A DNA stretch of 64,000 nucleotides from Actinomycetota bacterium. Its GTDB lineage: Bacteria > Actinomycetota > Actinomycetes > JACCUZ01. The DNA lies in contig JAVEDI010000037.1 in NCBI GenBank assembly GCA_030841035.1, forward strand, positions 314 to 64,313. Reading direction: 5' to 3'. The notes beneath the pieces were generated by a model. That model was not told the origin of the DNA. It ran no database searches and was given only the letters and a program-made list of their open reading frames with translations. Shown here in pieces: positions 8,865 to 19,229 of the stretch; the first letter of the stretch is position 1; the number at the start of each line of letters is the position of its first letter. A program made the translations under genes and the position numbers.

Positions 8865-9923
8865 TCAGGCGCAGCTGGGAACCGCCGCCTTCGGGTGGCC
8901 GCGTAGCGCGTTCAGCGAGGACACCGCCGACGTCAGGTCGGGCACCTTGACCAGTCGAAGGCCGTCGGGCACGTTCGCGGCCGCCTCGGCGCAGTTGCCG
9001 GCCGGGGCCAGGAAGATCGTGGCGCCGGCACGCCGGGCGCCGAGCATCTTCTGGGTGATGCCGCCGATCGACCCGATGTCGCCCTGGTCGTCGATCGTGC
9101 CGGTGCCGGCGACGTAGGCGCCGCCGGTGAGCGAGCCCGGCGTCAGCTTGTCGACGATGCCGAGCGCGAACATCAGCCCGGCGCTCGGTCCCCCGACGTC
9201 CTGCAGGCCGATGTCGACGGTGAACGGGTAGTCCGCCTCGTCGCGCGTCGTGATGCCCACGATGGCGTGGCCCTGCGCCTGACCGGTCGTGATGGTGGGG
9301 CTCAGCCGCTCACCGTCCCGCTCGACCGTCAGAGTGACCTGGTCCCCGGGCTTGTGCCGGGTGATGCGCTGGCGCAGCACGGCCCCGCCGTCGACCGGCG
9401 TGCCGTCGACCGCGAGCACCAGGTCACCCTTGCGCACCTTGCCCTGCGACGGCGAGCCCTTGCTGAGCCCGGCGACCCGCACCCGCGTGGTCACGGGGAT
9501 CCCCAGGCTGCGCAGCGCTGCGGTCGTCGCGTTCTCCTGGGAGTCGCGCATCTCCGCGGTGCTCTCCTTCTCCACCTGCGCGGCCGTCTGGCCGGGCGGG
9601 AAGACCTGCTCCTGCGGGATGATCGCGATCGACCGGTCCAGCCAGCCGCGCAACGCGGTCACGAGGTCGAGCTTCTGGCGCGGGCCGCCCAGCACCGAGA
9701 CCGTCGTGAGGTCGAGGTGGCCCCTGTCGGGGTAGGTGCGCCGGCCGTCGATGCGGATCAGCGCAGTGGCCTGGCTGGTGCCGGTGTTGCCGAGCGTGTT
9801 CGTGGTCGGGCCGGGGCTCAGCGCCACGTAGGGCACCGGCAGCAGCGCAGCGATCGCCGAGAGCACGACGACGAGCAAGCCTGCAGACGCAAGGGTGACG
9901 CCACGACGGGACATGAGCGGCAA
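8865..9923 (-). CDS. PDZ domain-containing Lon-like (S16) serine protease, YlbL/SdrC-like
   Basis: N-terminal TM segment, PDZ segment (KGDLVLAVDGTPV), and Lon C-terminal catalytic motif GPSAGLMFALGIVDKL. Confidence 0.75.
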   Translation of the reverse strand: MPLMSRRGVTLASAGLLVVVLSAIAALLPVPYVALSPGPTTNTLGNTGTSQATALIRIDGRRTYPDRGHLDLTTVSVLGGPRQKLDLVTALRGWLDRSIAIIPQEQVFPPGQTAAQVEKESTAEMRDSQENATTAALRSLGIPVTTRVRVAGLSKGSPSQGKVRKGDLVLAVDGTPVDGGAVLRQRITRHKPGDQVTLTVERDGERLSPTITTGQAQGHAIVGITTRDEADYPFTVDIGLQDVGGPSAGLMFALGIVDKLTPGSLTGGAYVAGTGTIDDQGDIGSIGGITQKMLGARRAGATIFLAPAGNCAEAAANVPDGLRLVKVPDLTSAVSSLNALRGHPKAAVPSCA

Positions 9924-10227
9924 ACCTACGACAGGGCGTCGTGCGACGCGTTACGCGAATGTCCGGGGCGACGCGCGGGGGTAGGGGGCTCGAAGGCGGC
10001 CTTGAAGCGCTCGTGCTCGAGCACCGTGTCGTGGGTGTCGGCGCGCGGCCGCTCCCGGCTCGCCCACCGCACCCAGAGGGCGGCAAGCACCAGGGCGGCG
10101 ACGGGGATGGCCAGCCATGCCAATGCCGACATTGCTCGGTAGACCTCTTTGCTGGTTGGCCCGTCTGGCGCGACGGGGTGGTTGCCCGGTCCAGGCTAAC
10201 GCGCGCCGAGGCGGGCCGCCGGGACCA

Positions 10228-10653
10228 TCAAGGCAGACCCACCCATTCGTCGGACCCGTCCTCGAACATCTGGTGCTTCCAGATGGGCACGGTCGCCTTG
10301 AGGTCGTCGATCAGGTCACGGGCGGCCGCGAAGGCCTCGCCTCGATGCGCGCAGCTGGCCGCCACGACGACGGCGAGGTCACCGACGGCGAGGTCACCGA
10401 CCCGGTGCACGACGGCGAGCGCGCGTGCGTCGTGGGCGGCCGCGACCCGCTCGGCCACCGCGCGCATCGCGTCCGTGACGGTGGGATGGGCCGAGTAGCC
10501 GAGGCCACCGACCCCCTTCCCGTCGTCGTGGTCGCGCACGGTGCCCACGAACAGCACCGTGGCGCCGGACCCGGCCTCCGACACTGCCGCGAACACCTCG
10601 TCGATCGACAGCGGCTGCTCGCGGACGTCGAGCAGCCGGATGACCTCACCCAT
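10228..10653 (-). CDS. moaE: molybdopterin synthase catalytic subunit MoaE
   Basis: MoaE-like motifs (HRVGDLAVGD...VVVAASCAHRGEAF...IWKHQ). The longer 305-aa ORF is read-through; internal ATG chosen. Confidence 0.7.
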   Translation of the reverse strand: MGEVIRLLDVREQPLSIDEVFAAVSEAGSGATVLFVGTVRDHDDGKGVGGLGYSAHPTVTDAMRAVAERVAAAHDARALAVVHRVGDLAVGDLAVVVAASCAHRGEAFAAARDLIDDLKATVPIWKHQMFEDGSDEWVGLP

Positions 10654-10666
10654 CGCACTCACCCAT

Positions 10667-11734
10667 TCAGCTTCGCCTCTTCCGGCGCGCACGCCGCACC
10701 AGAGCCGCCGTACCCACGACCGCCACCGCTGCCCCTGCCGCACCGATCGTGGCGTCGCGCTTGCCCACCCGGCGCGACGCGAGGGCGTGGTGGCCGGCCA
10801 CCTGCTCGAGCAGCACCCCGAGCGCCGTGGGGTTGTCGTACGTCGGCCGCCAGCCCGCCTGGCGGAGCCGGGTGGCCGGCACGACCCAGGGGTGCACGAC
10901 GTACTGCAGGTCGCTCGCGGGTGCCGGGATGATGCCGAGCCGGTGCAACCGCTCCGCGGTCCCGAAGGCCAGCGCCGAGGGCAGCTCGATGCGGCGCATG
11001 CCGGAGACGAGCTCCACCTCCGACTGTTCCATCCAGCCCTCGCACGCCACGGTGACGTTGCCGGTGACCTGCTCCAGCGCGGCGAGCTCGAGCGCCGACA
11101 CGAGGTCGTCGACATGGCAGAACTGCCAGTGCGGCCGGGAGTCACGGACCACCAGCAGGCGGGGGGCCTCGAAGTGGCGGGTGAGGAGGCTGTCGATGTC
11201 CGGCCCGACGACGGTGGCCGGCCGGAGCACTGTCACCGAGAGCCCGCGGTGCGACCGCGGCGCCTGCTGGGCCAGCTGCTCGATCTCGAGCAGGTCCGAC
11301 AGCAGCGCACCGTCGGGCAGCGCACGCAGCGGGGCGTCCTCGTCGAGCGGCACGGCGTTCTCGGGCAGCGCGCCGTAGACCATGGCCGAGGTGACCAGCA
11401 CCACCCGTCGTACGCCGGTGGCGGCCGCCGCCGTCAGCACCGTCTGGGCGCCGCGCAGGTTCCGCTCGCTACGTGTCGCGGCGTCGCCCTCGAGGCCGGG
11501 ATCGAAGGCGAGGTGCACGACGGTGTCGACCTTGCCCAGCCGGCTGACCAGCACCGGGTCGCGAACGTCGAGGACCCGCCACGTCACGCCGGGCACGTCG
11601 CCCCGGCGCTCGTCGATGGCGATGACCTTGCCGACGTCGCTGCGCGTCGCCAGGGCTCGCGCGAGCGCCTCGCCGACGCCGGACGCCGCCCCGGTCACGG
11701 CGATGACCGGCTTGCGGGTGCGCCGAGAGCGAAC
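10667..11734 (-). CDS. NAD-dependent epimerase/dehydratase (SDR family)
   Basis: Rossmann motif VIAVTGAASGVGEAL near N-terminus and extended SDR fold. Start uncertain: ORF extends to 11854. Confidence 0.6.
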   Translation of the reverse strand, partial: VRSRRTRKPVIAVTGAASGVGEALARALATRSDVGKVIAIDERRGDVPGVTWRVLDVRDPVLVSRLGKVDTVVHLAFDPGLEGDAATRSERNLRGAQTVLTAAAATGVRRVVLVTSAMVYGALPENAVPLDEDAPLRALPDGALLSDLLEIEQLAQQAPRSHRGLSVTVLRPATVVGPDIDSLLTRHFEAPRLLVVRDSRPHWQFCHVDDLVSALELAALEQVTGNVTVACEGWMEQSEVELVSGMRRIELPSALAFGTAERLHRLGIIPAPASDLQYVVHPWVVPATRLRQAGWRPTYDNPTALGVLLEQVAGHHALASRRVGKRDATIGAAGAAVAVVGTAALVRRARRKRRS

Positions 11735-11865
11735 GGTCGCCGTCCCCTCGGTCGGCGGGGAACTCACGCGCACACCGCAGAGGTTGGCGAGGTAGCTACG
11801 GTGGGTGGTACTGGCGGCACGGTCGTCATGGTGCCCCCATCCTGTCAACGACACGAGGTGAAGGC

Positions 11866-13230
11866 GTGGGTGACATCCCGTTCGGCTTCGGCCCCGGCGC
11901 CGGAGGCGACCCCGAGAAGCGGCGCGACGAAGGCGCAGACGCCGACCCGTTCGCCGCCATCTTCGGCGGAGGGCAGCCCGGTGACATCGGCGCGGCGTTC
12001 CAGCGACTGGGCCAGCTGCTCTCCTGGCAGGGCGGTCCGGTGAACTGGGACCTGGCCCGCGACGTGGCCCGCCAGGCGGTGGCCGCCGCGGGTGACCGCT
12101 CGGTCAGCGGCGCGGAGCGGGCAGAGATCTCCGACGCCATGCGGCTGGCGGAGCTGTGGCTCGACGCGGCCACCGCGTTCCCGGCGGGGGCCACCTCGCC
12201 CGAGGCCTGGAGCCGCGCGGAGTGGGTCGAGGCCACCCTGCCGGCCTGGCGTCACCTCGTCGACCCGGTGGCGGCCAAGGCGGTCGAGTCGATGGGCTCG
12301 ATGCTCTCCGGAGAGGGCGGCCCGATGGCCGCGATGGGCGCCGCGCCGGAGCAGCTGCAGCGCCTGCTCGGCGCGACCGGTCCGCTGCAGCAGATGATGC
12401 GCGGTCTCGGTGGCGCCATGTTCGGCAGCCAGATCGGCCAGGCGCTCGGGTCGCTCGCCACCGAGGTGGTGGGTTCCACCGATGTGGGGCTCCCCCTCGC
12501 CCCCGGCACCAAGGCCGCGCTGCTCCCGCAGAACGTCGCGGCGTTCGGTCAGGGCCTCGGCGTGCCCGCCGACCAGGTGCGGCTCTACCTGGCGCTGCGC
12601 GAGTCCGCCCACCACCGGCTCTTCGCCCACGTCCCGTGGCTGCGCGCCCACCTGGTCGAGGCGGTCAGCGCCTACGCGCAGGGCATCAGCGTCGACACCT
12701 CACGTCTCGAGGAGCTCGTCGGCCGCATCGACCCCACCAACCCCGAAGCCATCCAGCAGGCGTTGACCGGCGGGTTGTTCGAGCCGGAGGACACGCCGCA
12801 GCAGAAGGCCGCCCTGGCGCGGCTGGAGACCGCCCTGGCCCTGGTCGAGGGCTGGGTCGACGAGGTCGTCGACGCTGCCGCGCGGCCGCACCTGCCGGCC
12901 GCGTCCGCGCTGCGCGAGACCGTGCGCCGGCGCCGCGCGAGCGGCGGTCCCGCCGAGGCGACGTTCTCCTCCCTCGTCGGCCTGCAGCTGCGGCCCCGGC
13001 GGCTGCGCGAGGCGGCGGCGCTGTGGGGTGCCGTGCTCGCGGTCCGCGGGACCGAAGGTCGCGAGGCAGTCTGGGGCCATCCGGACCTGATGCCGACCGG
13101 CGAGGACCTGGACCAGCCCGACGCCTTCGCGTCCGGATCGAGCTCCGCACCGCTGGACCTGTCGGGGCTGGAGGACACCGCGGCACCCCCGGAACCGGGC
13201 GCCGGGCCCCGATCCGAGGACGGCGGGTGA
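11866..13230 (+). CDS. zinc-dependent metalloprotease (DUF2342 family)
   Basis: Length, acidic N-terminus and conserved HHRLFAHVPWLRAHL region typical of actinobacterial DUF2342 proteins. Confidence 0.55.
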   Translation: MGDIPFGFGPGAGGDPEKRRDEGADADPFAAIFGGGQPGDIGAAFQRLGQLLSWQGGPVNWDLARDVARQAVAAAGDRSVSGAERAEISDAMRLAELWLDAATAFPAGATSPEAWSRAEWVEATLPAWRHLVDPVAAKAVESMGSMLSGEGGPMAAMGAAPEQLQRLLGATGPLQQMMRGLGGAMFGSQIGQALGSLATEVVGSTDVGLPLAPGTKAALLPQNVAAFGQGLGVPADQVRLYLALRESAHHRLFAHVPWLRAHLVEAVSAYAQGISVDTSRLEELVGRIDPTNPEAIQQALTGGLFEPEDTPQQKAALARLETALALVEGWVDEVVDAAARPHLPAASALRETVRRRRASGGPAEATFSSLVGLQLRPRRLREAAALWGAVLAVRGTEGREAVWGHPDLMPTGEDLDQPDAFASGSSSAPLDLSGLEDTAAPPEPGAGPRSEDGG

Positions 13231-13802
13231 ACCGACTGCACGCCGACGCGGTGCGAGTGCTGCGGGCGTGGCGGTCCGACGAGCAGGCGGGCACCGGGCA
13301 GGAGCGGCTGCGACAAGAGTTCCTCGAGCACCTGGGGGGACACCGCGACGGCGTGCTGCGCTCCTGCGTGCCCGCGCACCTCACAGCGAGCGCCCTGGTG
13401 CTCGACGCGACGGGCGAGCGGGTGCTGCTCACGCTGCACCGCAAGGGCGGCTTCTGGGGCCAGTTCGGCGGTCACTGCGAGCCGGGCGACCAGAGGCTGG
13501 CGGACGCGGCGCTGCGCGAGGCACGTGAGGAGTCGGGGATCGCCGACCTGCTGCTGGCGGGCGACGAGCCGGTCGACCTCGACCGCCACGCGCTGTCGGG
13601 CGCCTTCGGCAGCTGCCGGGAGCACCTCGACGTGCGGTACGCGGCCGTCGCGCCCGCCGGTGCCGAGCCGGTCGTGAGCCACGAGTCGCACGACGTCGTG
13701 TGGTTCGCGCACGACGCGCTGCCCCCCGGGGCGGTGCCCGACCTCGCTCGGCTCGTGGAACGGGCGCGGGCCGCGCTCAGCGCCACAGCAGCGCGCGGGT
13801 GA
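13227..13802 (+). CDS. NUDIX hydrolase
   Basis: Nudix box GGHCEPGDQRLADAALREAREESG. GTG start overlaps upstream stop. Confidence 0.7.
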   Translation: MNRLHADAVRVLRAWRSDEQAGTGQERLRQEFLEHLGGHRDGVLRSCVPAHLTASALVLDATGERVLLTLHRKGGFWGQFGGHCEPGDQRLADAALREAREESGIADLLLAGDEPVDLDRHALSGAFGSCREHLDVRYAAVAPAGAEPVVSHESHDVVWFAHDALPPGAVPDLARLVERARAALSATAARG

Positions 13803-14412
13803 CCTCCCAGCCCTCGAGACCCGGATCGAGGTGGCGGACGTCGTCCGTGGCACGCACCCGGTGCCAGCCGGGGCCCACGGAGACCGACGTACGTCGGGGG
13901 GCGGCCGCGCACAGCGCTGCGAGGGCGCCGTCGGCATCGAGGTCGGCGCCGGCGTCGGGCAGCCACGGGGGCAGCGGCGAGCGGGTGGCCAGCGCCACCA
14001 GCCCGCCACCGGCGGCCGGCAGTACGGCGACCGCCGCGGAGCCCAGCGCGCGGTGCAGCTTGCCGACCAGCAGCCCGGGCAGGTCGGGCGCATCGGCGAC
14101 GAGGACCGTCAGCTGGTCGACCTGCGCGCTCCCGCCGGCCACCGCCTGCAGCGCCCGCCGGCCCGGGGGCCCGTCGCCGGCCGGCAGGTCCAGCACCGGC
14201 GTCCCGGGCCAGGTCAGACCCTGCACCCGGGGCCGCAGCGGGTCCTCGGCGGCCACGACCACCACCGGCTCGACCAGCTCGAGCATCGCGACGGTCTCGT
14301 AGACGTCCTCGAACATCGCAGCGCGCAGCTCGTCCGAGGGGGCGGCCGAGGACTGGGACCGGGACGGCTGCTCCGGCGGGGTGACGAGGATCGCCACGAG
14401 GCGCCGCGTCAC
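13777..14412 (-). CDS. DUF2064-like (MobA-like NTP-transferase fold) hypothetical protein
   Basis: About 211 aa, Ala/Leu-rich; weak resemblance to the DUF2064 family. Confidence 0.35.
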   Translation of the reverse strand: MTRRLVAILVTPPEQPSRSQSSAAPSDELRAAMFEDVYETVAMLELVEPVVVVAAEDPLRPRVQGLTWPGTPVLDLPAGDGPPGRRALQAVAGGSAQVDQLTVLVADAPDLPGLLVGKLHRALGSAAVAVLPAAGGGLVALATRSPLPPWLPDAGADLDADGALAALCAAAPRRTSVSVGPGWHRVRATDDVRHLDPGLEGWEVTRALLWR

Positions 14413-15020
14413 GGGTCGACGTCGTCGACGTGGGCTGCGCGCCGACGCTCGGGCTCGTCGCCTTCCTCGGTCTCGGGTCCCTCCTCCCCGTCGACGTCGT
14501 CCGCCATCGCCAGCCCGGTCGCCGCGGAGACGCCCTCGAGGAAGCCGCGGGCGCGCTCGGCCCGCGGGTAGGCGCTGACCTCGGCCCAGAACTGCGGCCC
14601 GTGGCCCGGCACGAGCAGGTGCACCAGCTCGTGCACCAGCACGTAGTCGAGCACCCAGCCCGGCATCCCCTGCAGCCGCGCGGAGATCCGGACGGTGCCG
14701 TCAGCCGGCGTGCACGACCCCCACCGGGCGCCCTGGTTGGTGACCCACCGCACGCTGCTCGGCTCGGCGCGCCCGCCCAGGTAGCGTCGCGAGAGCGCGC
14801 TCGCCCGGGCCAGCAGCTGCGCGTCGCCCGGGCGCAGCCGGCGGTCCTGGCGGGCCAGCCGCTCGAGCATGACGGCGACCCAGCGCCGCTCCTCGGCGGG
14901 CGACATGCGGGCCGGGATCAGCACGATGGTGCGCTCACCGTCGCGATAGGCCGACACGGTGCGCCGCCGGCGTGCGCTGCGGCGCACCTCGACCCGCGGG
15001 GCCCCGGACGACGCAGACAT
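14409..15020 (-). CDS. M48/YgjP-like (DUF45) metallopeptidase
   Basis: HELVHLLVPGH zinc-binding motif; about 200 aa; acidic C-terminal tail. Start taken at an internal Met. Confidence 0.6.
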   Translation of the reverse strand: MSASSGAPRVEVRRSARRRRTVSAYRDGERTIVLIPARMSPAEERRWVAVMLERLARQDRRLRPGDAQLLARASALSRRYLGGRAEPSSVRWVTNQGARWGSCTPADGTVRISARLQGMPGWVLDYVLVHELVHLLVPGHGPQFWAEVSAYPRAERARGFLEGVSAATGLAMADDVDGEEGPETEEGDEPERRRAAHVDDVDP

Positions 15021-15375
15021 GGCCGAAACGCTAGCGACTTTCTGCCGTCCACAGCCGGTGGATCGCATCACCGCAGGTCAGCCCCGCATTTCTGGTTTTC
15101 CCACAGCTGTGTCCCCAACGCGTGAACCGCTCCTCCACAGCGACACCCCGCCGGGTCCCCACCGCGTCCACAGGGCCATCCACAGGGCGCTCCCACGGAT
15201 CGTTGACGCTGCCCGCGCCCACTCCTACGGTTGCGCCGACGAGGCCCCTGGGTGAGGCCCCGGACGCTCGCAAGGGGAAGGCGGGCGTCCGGGTCCGCAC
15301 CCGGGGCCTCGTGTCGTACCCGGTCCGTCGTGCCCGCTTCGCGTCGGCTGCTCGCCGGTGACCGCGACCGTGCCG

Positions 15376-16215
15376 CTACCGGCCGGTGAAGCGCGGCGTA
15401 CGCCGCTCCCGCGCCGCGCGCAGACCCTCCTGCAGGTCCGCGGTGGCCAGCGTCACCGGCTGAGCGAGCGCCTCCCACTGCAGCGCCGCCTCGTAGGAGC
15501 CCGGCGGGCTCTGCAACGCTGCCTTGGTGAGCCTGGTGGCCACGGGGGCGGCGGCCGCGACCTTCGCGGCGATGGCGAGGGCCTCCTCGAGCAGCGTCTC
15601 CCCGGGGAAGGCCTGGTTGACCAGGCCCAGGCCGACGGCCTCGGCCCCGGTCACGACCCGACCGGTCAGCAGCAGCTCGCGGGCGACCCCGAGCCCCACC
15701 ACCTCGGGCAGCAGGTAGGTGGTCGCCATCCCGGGGTGCATGCCCAGCGACGTGAACGGCACCGCGAGGCGGGCGTCCTGCGCCGCGTAGCGCAGGTCGC
15801 AGGACAGGGCGAGCGCCAGACCGGCCCCGACCGCGGGGCCGTTGATCGCGGCGATGCTCGGGACCTCGAGCGTGCGCACGGCCAACCAGGTGCGGTAGAA
15901 GGGCAGCATCCGGTCGCGCAGGGCGTCGACCGACGCCTCGGGCTCGGCGCCGATCCACGACAGGTCGCCGCCCGCACAGAACGAGCTCCCCTCGCCGGTC
16001 ACGACCACCGCCCGCACCGAGCGGTCCTCCCGCAGCGCGGTCATGGCCCGACCCCACGACTCGGTCATCGCCCCCGACATCATGTTGCGCCGGTGCGGGA
16101 GGTCGAGCGTGACCAGCACGACACCCTCGTCGCGCCGCTCGACCCGGAGGTCGGTGAGGCCGCCCAGGGGGTCCCCGCCACCACCGGCGTACGTCTGCTG
16201 CTGCGGGTCCGTCAT
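15376..16215 (-). CDS. enoyl-CoA hydratase/isomerase family protein
   Basis: Crotonase fold motifs (VVTGEGSSFCAGGDL; AAINGPAVGAGLALALSCD). Confidence 0.8.
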   Translation of the reverse strand: MTDPQQQTYAGGGGDPLGGLTDLRVERRDEGVVLVTLDLPHRRNMMSGAMTESWGRAMTALREDRSVRAVVVTGEGSSFCAGGDLSWIGAEPEASVDALRDRMLPFYRTWLAVRTLEVPSIAAINGPAVGAGLALALSCDLRYAAQDARLAVPFTSLGMHPGMATTYLLPEVVGLGVARELLLTGRVVTGAEAVGLGLVNQAFPGETLLEEALAIAAKVAAAAPVATRLTKAALQSPPGSYEAALQWEALAQPVTLATADLQEGLRAARERRTPRFTGR

Positions 16216-16411
16216 GCCGCCGCAGGCTAGTGCGCCCCCGGCGCCGAGGGGACCCGGCCTGCCCGAGCGCGCTGCCCCGCGCCGTGGCGCGCCAGCCCCT
16301 GCGGCCCCCCGGGTCGCACGCTGCGCCGCAGGCCTGCTCTAGGGTGGCGGCAGGTCCGGATCACGGCACGAACCCCGCCGGACGAGGATTCCGACCGATC
16401 GAGGAGGACCC

Positions 16412-16570
16412 GTGGCTGAGAGCTACACCGGAGACGCGTACTGCGTGAAGTGCAAGGAGAAGCGCGACTTCACCGGCGAGGTGAAGGTCAGCGAGTCTGG
16501 TCGTCGCATGGCGCAGGGCATCTGCCCGGTCTGCGGCACCAAGCTGAACCGCATCCTCGGCAAGGCCTGA
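16412..16570 (+). CDS. small zinc-ribbon protein (DUF5679-like)
   Basis: 52 codons, GTG start preceded by GAGGAGG SD; CVKCK...CPVCG tetra-Cys. Not in ORF track because of its short length. Confidence 0.5.
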   Translation: MAESYTGDAYCVKCKEKRDFTGEVKVSESGRRMAQGICPVCGTKLNRILGKA

Positions 16571-16750
16571 GGCGCGACGACGCGGGGCCGAGCGGCCGCT
16601 GCGGCTGAGCGCCGCGGCCGTGCCGACGGTCCGACCGAGCAGCACCACTGAGCCGACCCGGAGGGGGCGGTCCCGAAGGGGGCCGCCCCCTCCGCCGTGC
16701 CCGCCGCCGTACGCTCGCCGACGTCGGCGGACCAGCGCAGGGAGGTGTCG

Positions 16751-18031
16751 GTGAGCGAGGCGGTGTCGCGGGTGCTGGACGAGGTCGACGCCGCACTGCC
16801 GGCCGCCGTCACGCTGCTCACCGAGCTGGTCGCGACGCCCAGCATCGGCGGCACCGACCCGGAGCACGAGATCCAGGGCCGCCTCGCGAGCGACCTGCGC
16901 GCGGCGGGCCTGGAGGTGGACCACTGGCGGCTGCCGCTCGGCGAGCTGTTCGCCCGGCCGGACTTCCCGGGCGTGGAGGTCGACCGGGCCGAGGCCTGGG
17001 GACTGGTGGGGCGCCTGCCGGGTGACGGGTCGGGCGAGGGACGCTCGCTGCTGCTCAACGCCCACGTCGATGTCGTGCCGATCGGCGACCCGGGCGCGTG
17101 GTCGCGCCCCGATGCGTTCTCCGGGCACGTCAGCGGCGACACCCTGTTCGGCCGCGGCGCCTGCGACATGAAGGGCGGCCTGGTCGCGGCCCTCACGGCG
17201 GTGCAGGCGGTGCGCCGCAGCGGGGTGCGGTTGCGCGGCGACCTGCTGCTGGCCTGCGTGCCCGGCGAGGAGGACGGCGGTCTGGGCACCTACGCCATGT
17301 TGCACCGCGGCTGGCGCGCGGACCTGTGCGTGGTCCCGGAGCCCACCAGCCTGGGTCTGGTCACCGCGAACGCCGGGGCCCTGACCTTCCGGCTGCGGGT
17401 CCCCGGCCGCGCCACCCACGCGTCGCGGCGCTCCGAGGGCGTCAGCGCGGTCGAGAAGTTCCTGCCCGTCTGGGCGGCGCTGCAGCGCCTCGAGCAGCGG
17501 CGCAACACCGATCCGGATCCGTTGATGGCCCGCTGGCCGATCGCCTACCCGCTCTCGATCGGGCGGGTCACCTCGGGCGACTGGGCCTCGTCCGTGCCCG
17601 ACCTGCTCATCGCCGAGGGACGCCTGGGCGTCGCGCTCGGCGAGCCGCCGGCCCACGCGCGGGCGGCGCTGGAGGAGGCCGTCGCAGAAGTGTGCGCCGA
17701 CGACCCGTGGCTGCGCGAGCACCCGGTGCTCGTCCAGTGGTGGGGTGGTCAGTTCGCCTCCGGTCGGCTGCCGCAGGACAGCGACCTGGCCGACCGGGTC
17801 GACGCGGCGCACCGGACCGTCACCGGCGCCGCCAGCCCGTCCCGCAGCGGCGCCCCCTATGGGAGCGACCTGCGGCTGCTCAGCGGGATCGGCGGCATCC
17901 CCACCCTGCACTACGGGCCCGGTGACGCGCTCCTGGCGCACGCGCCGGACGAGAGCGTCCCGCTCGGTGAGGTCGCCACCACCGCGCGCGCCCTGGCCGT
18001 GCTGGCGCTCGACGTGTGCGGCGCCGCCTGA
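16751..18031 (+). CDS. ArgE/DapE-family M20 deacylase
   Basis: M20 motifs: HVDVVP, GACDMKGG, EEDGG. GTG start after GGGAGG SD. Confidence 0.75.
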   Translation: MSEAVSRVLDEVDAALPAAVTLLTELVATPSIGGTDPEHEIQGRLASDLRAAGLEVDHWRLPLGELFARPDFPGVEVDRAEAWGLVGRLPGDGSGEGRSLLLNAHVDVVPIGDPGAWSRPDAFSGHVSGDTLFGRGACDMKGGLVAALTAVQAVRRSGVRLRGDLLLACVPGEEDGGLGTYAMLHRGWRADLCVVPEPTSLGLVTANAGALTFRLRVPGRATHASRRSEGVSAVEKFLPVWAALQRLEQRRNTDPDPLMARWPIAYPLSIGRVTSGDWASSVPDLLIAEGRLGVALGEPPAHARAALEEAVAEVCADDPWLREHPVLVQWWGGQFASGRLPQDSDLADRVDAAHRTVTGAASPSRSGAPYGSDLRLLSGIGGIPTLHYGPGDALLAHAPDESVPLGEVATTARALAVLALDVCGAA

Positions 18032-18146
18032 GGCATGCGCCCGACGGCGTACGTCGACCGTGCTCGCTGTGGACGGCGGGACCGGTGGACGACCCGAGGT
18101 CTGTCACGCTCGGGCAGCCCTGCCCCGCACCCCGAGGACCTCGCCG

Positions 18147-19220
18147 ATGGGACCCGCGCCGACGCCGCCCGACCGGCCTTCGCTCAAGTCGGCGCTGCGC
18201 CGCGTCTGGCGCGACAGCGCCACGCTGCAGCTGGGCGTCGACCCGCACCGGGCGATCGTCATCAGCGGGCTGGACGAGACCTCGGCCCGGCTCATCGAGC
18301 GCCTGGACGGCACCCGCGACCACGACGCGCTGCGGCACGCGGCGGCCGAGCTGGGCCTGGCTGCGGCGCGCCTCACGGAGCTGGTGACCCTGCTCGACCG
18401 GGCCGGCGCCCTCGACGACGGCCCGGCCGAGCGCGGCGTCGCCGGGCTGACGCCGCGCGACCGGGAGCGGCTGGCGCCGGACCTCGCGGCCGCGTCGCTG
18501 GTGAGGGGCGGGCGCGACGGCGGGGCCGGCGTGCTCGAGCGGCGCAAGGACAGCGCCGTCGCCGTCCACGGCGCGGGACGGGTCGGCGCGTCGGTGGTCT
18601 CGCTGCTCGCGGCCGCGGGCGTCGGGACCGTGGTCATCGAGGACGCAGCGCTGACCCGCGGCTGCGACACGGCGCCGTGCGGTGCCACGGCCACCGACGT
18701 CGGAGCGCGCCGCCACGACACGGCGCTGCGCGCCGCGCGGCGGGTGGCGCCCGGCGTGCGTGCCCGGCTGGCCGCGGGGCGCGAGCAGCCCGACCTGGTC
18801 GTGCTCACCCCCGACGAGCGGGGCCTCGAGGACCTGCCCGACCGGCTGCTGCGCCGGGGGGTGCCCCACCTGTTTGCCACGGTGCGCGACGGCACCGGCG
18901 TGGTGGGCCCGCTGGTGCTGCCCGGTCGGTCGTCCTGCCACCGCTGCCACGACCTGCACCGGACCGACCGTGACCCGGCCTGGCCGCGGGTCGCCGCCCA
19001 GCTCGCCGGCCGTACGCCGCAGGCGACGACCCCGTGCGACGTCGTGCTCGCGACGGCGGTGGCGGCCCAGGCCGCGGCGCAGGTGCTGGCCCACCTCGAC
19101 GGGGACCGACCGCCGCCGACGGTCGACGGCACGATCGAGATCTCGCAGGCCGACGGACGGACCCGCCGCCGCGGCTGGACGGTGCACCCGCTGTGCGGCT
19201 GCGGGTGGGCCCAGCCGTGA
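18147..19220 (+). CDS. ThiF/MoeB-like E1 adenylyltransferase-family protein with N-terminal extension
   Basis: Rossmann GAGRVGASVVSLLAAAGVG; C-terminal CHRCH...CGCG cysteine cluster; about 130-aa N-terminal extra domain. Confidence 0.6.
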   Translation: MGPAPTPPDRPSLKSALRRVWRDSATLQLGVDPHRAIVISGLDETSARLIERLDGTRDHDALRHAAAELGLAAARLTELVTLLDRAGALDDGPAERGVAGLTPRDRERLAPDLAAASLVRGGRDGGAGVLERRKDSAVAVHGAGRVGASVVSLLAAAGVGTVVIEDAALTRGCDTAPCGATATDVGARRHDTALRAARRVAPGVRARLAAGREQPDLVVLTPDERGLEDLPDRLLRRGVPHLFATVRDGTGVVGPLVLPGRSSCHRCHDLHRTDRDPAWPRVAAQLAGRTPQATTPCDVVLATAVAAQAAAQVLAHLDGDRPPPTVDGTIEISQADGRTRRRGWTVHPLCGCGWAQP

Positions 19221-19229
19221 CGGCGACCG

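Noticed and set aside
15068-16057. 329-aa minus-strand ORF
   Set aside because: It is an alternative frame of the enoyl-CoA hydratase gene and extends into a repeat-rich intergenic region; no motifs.
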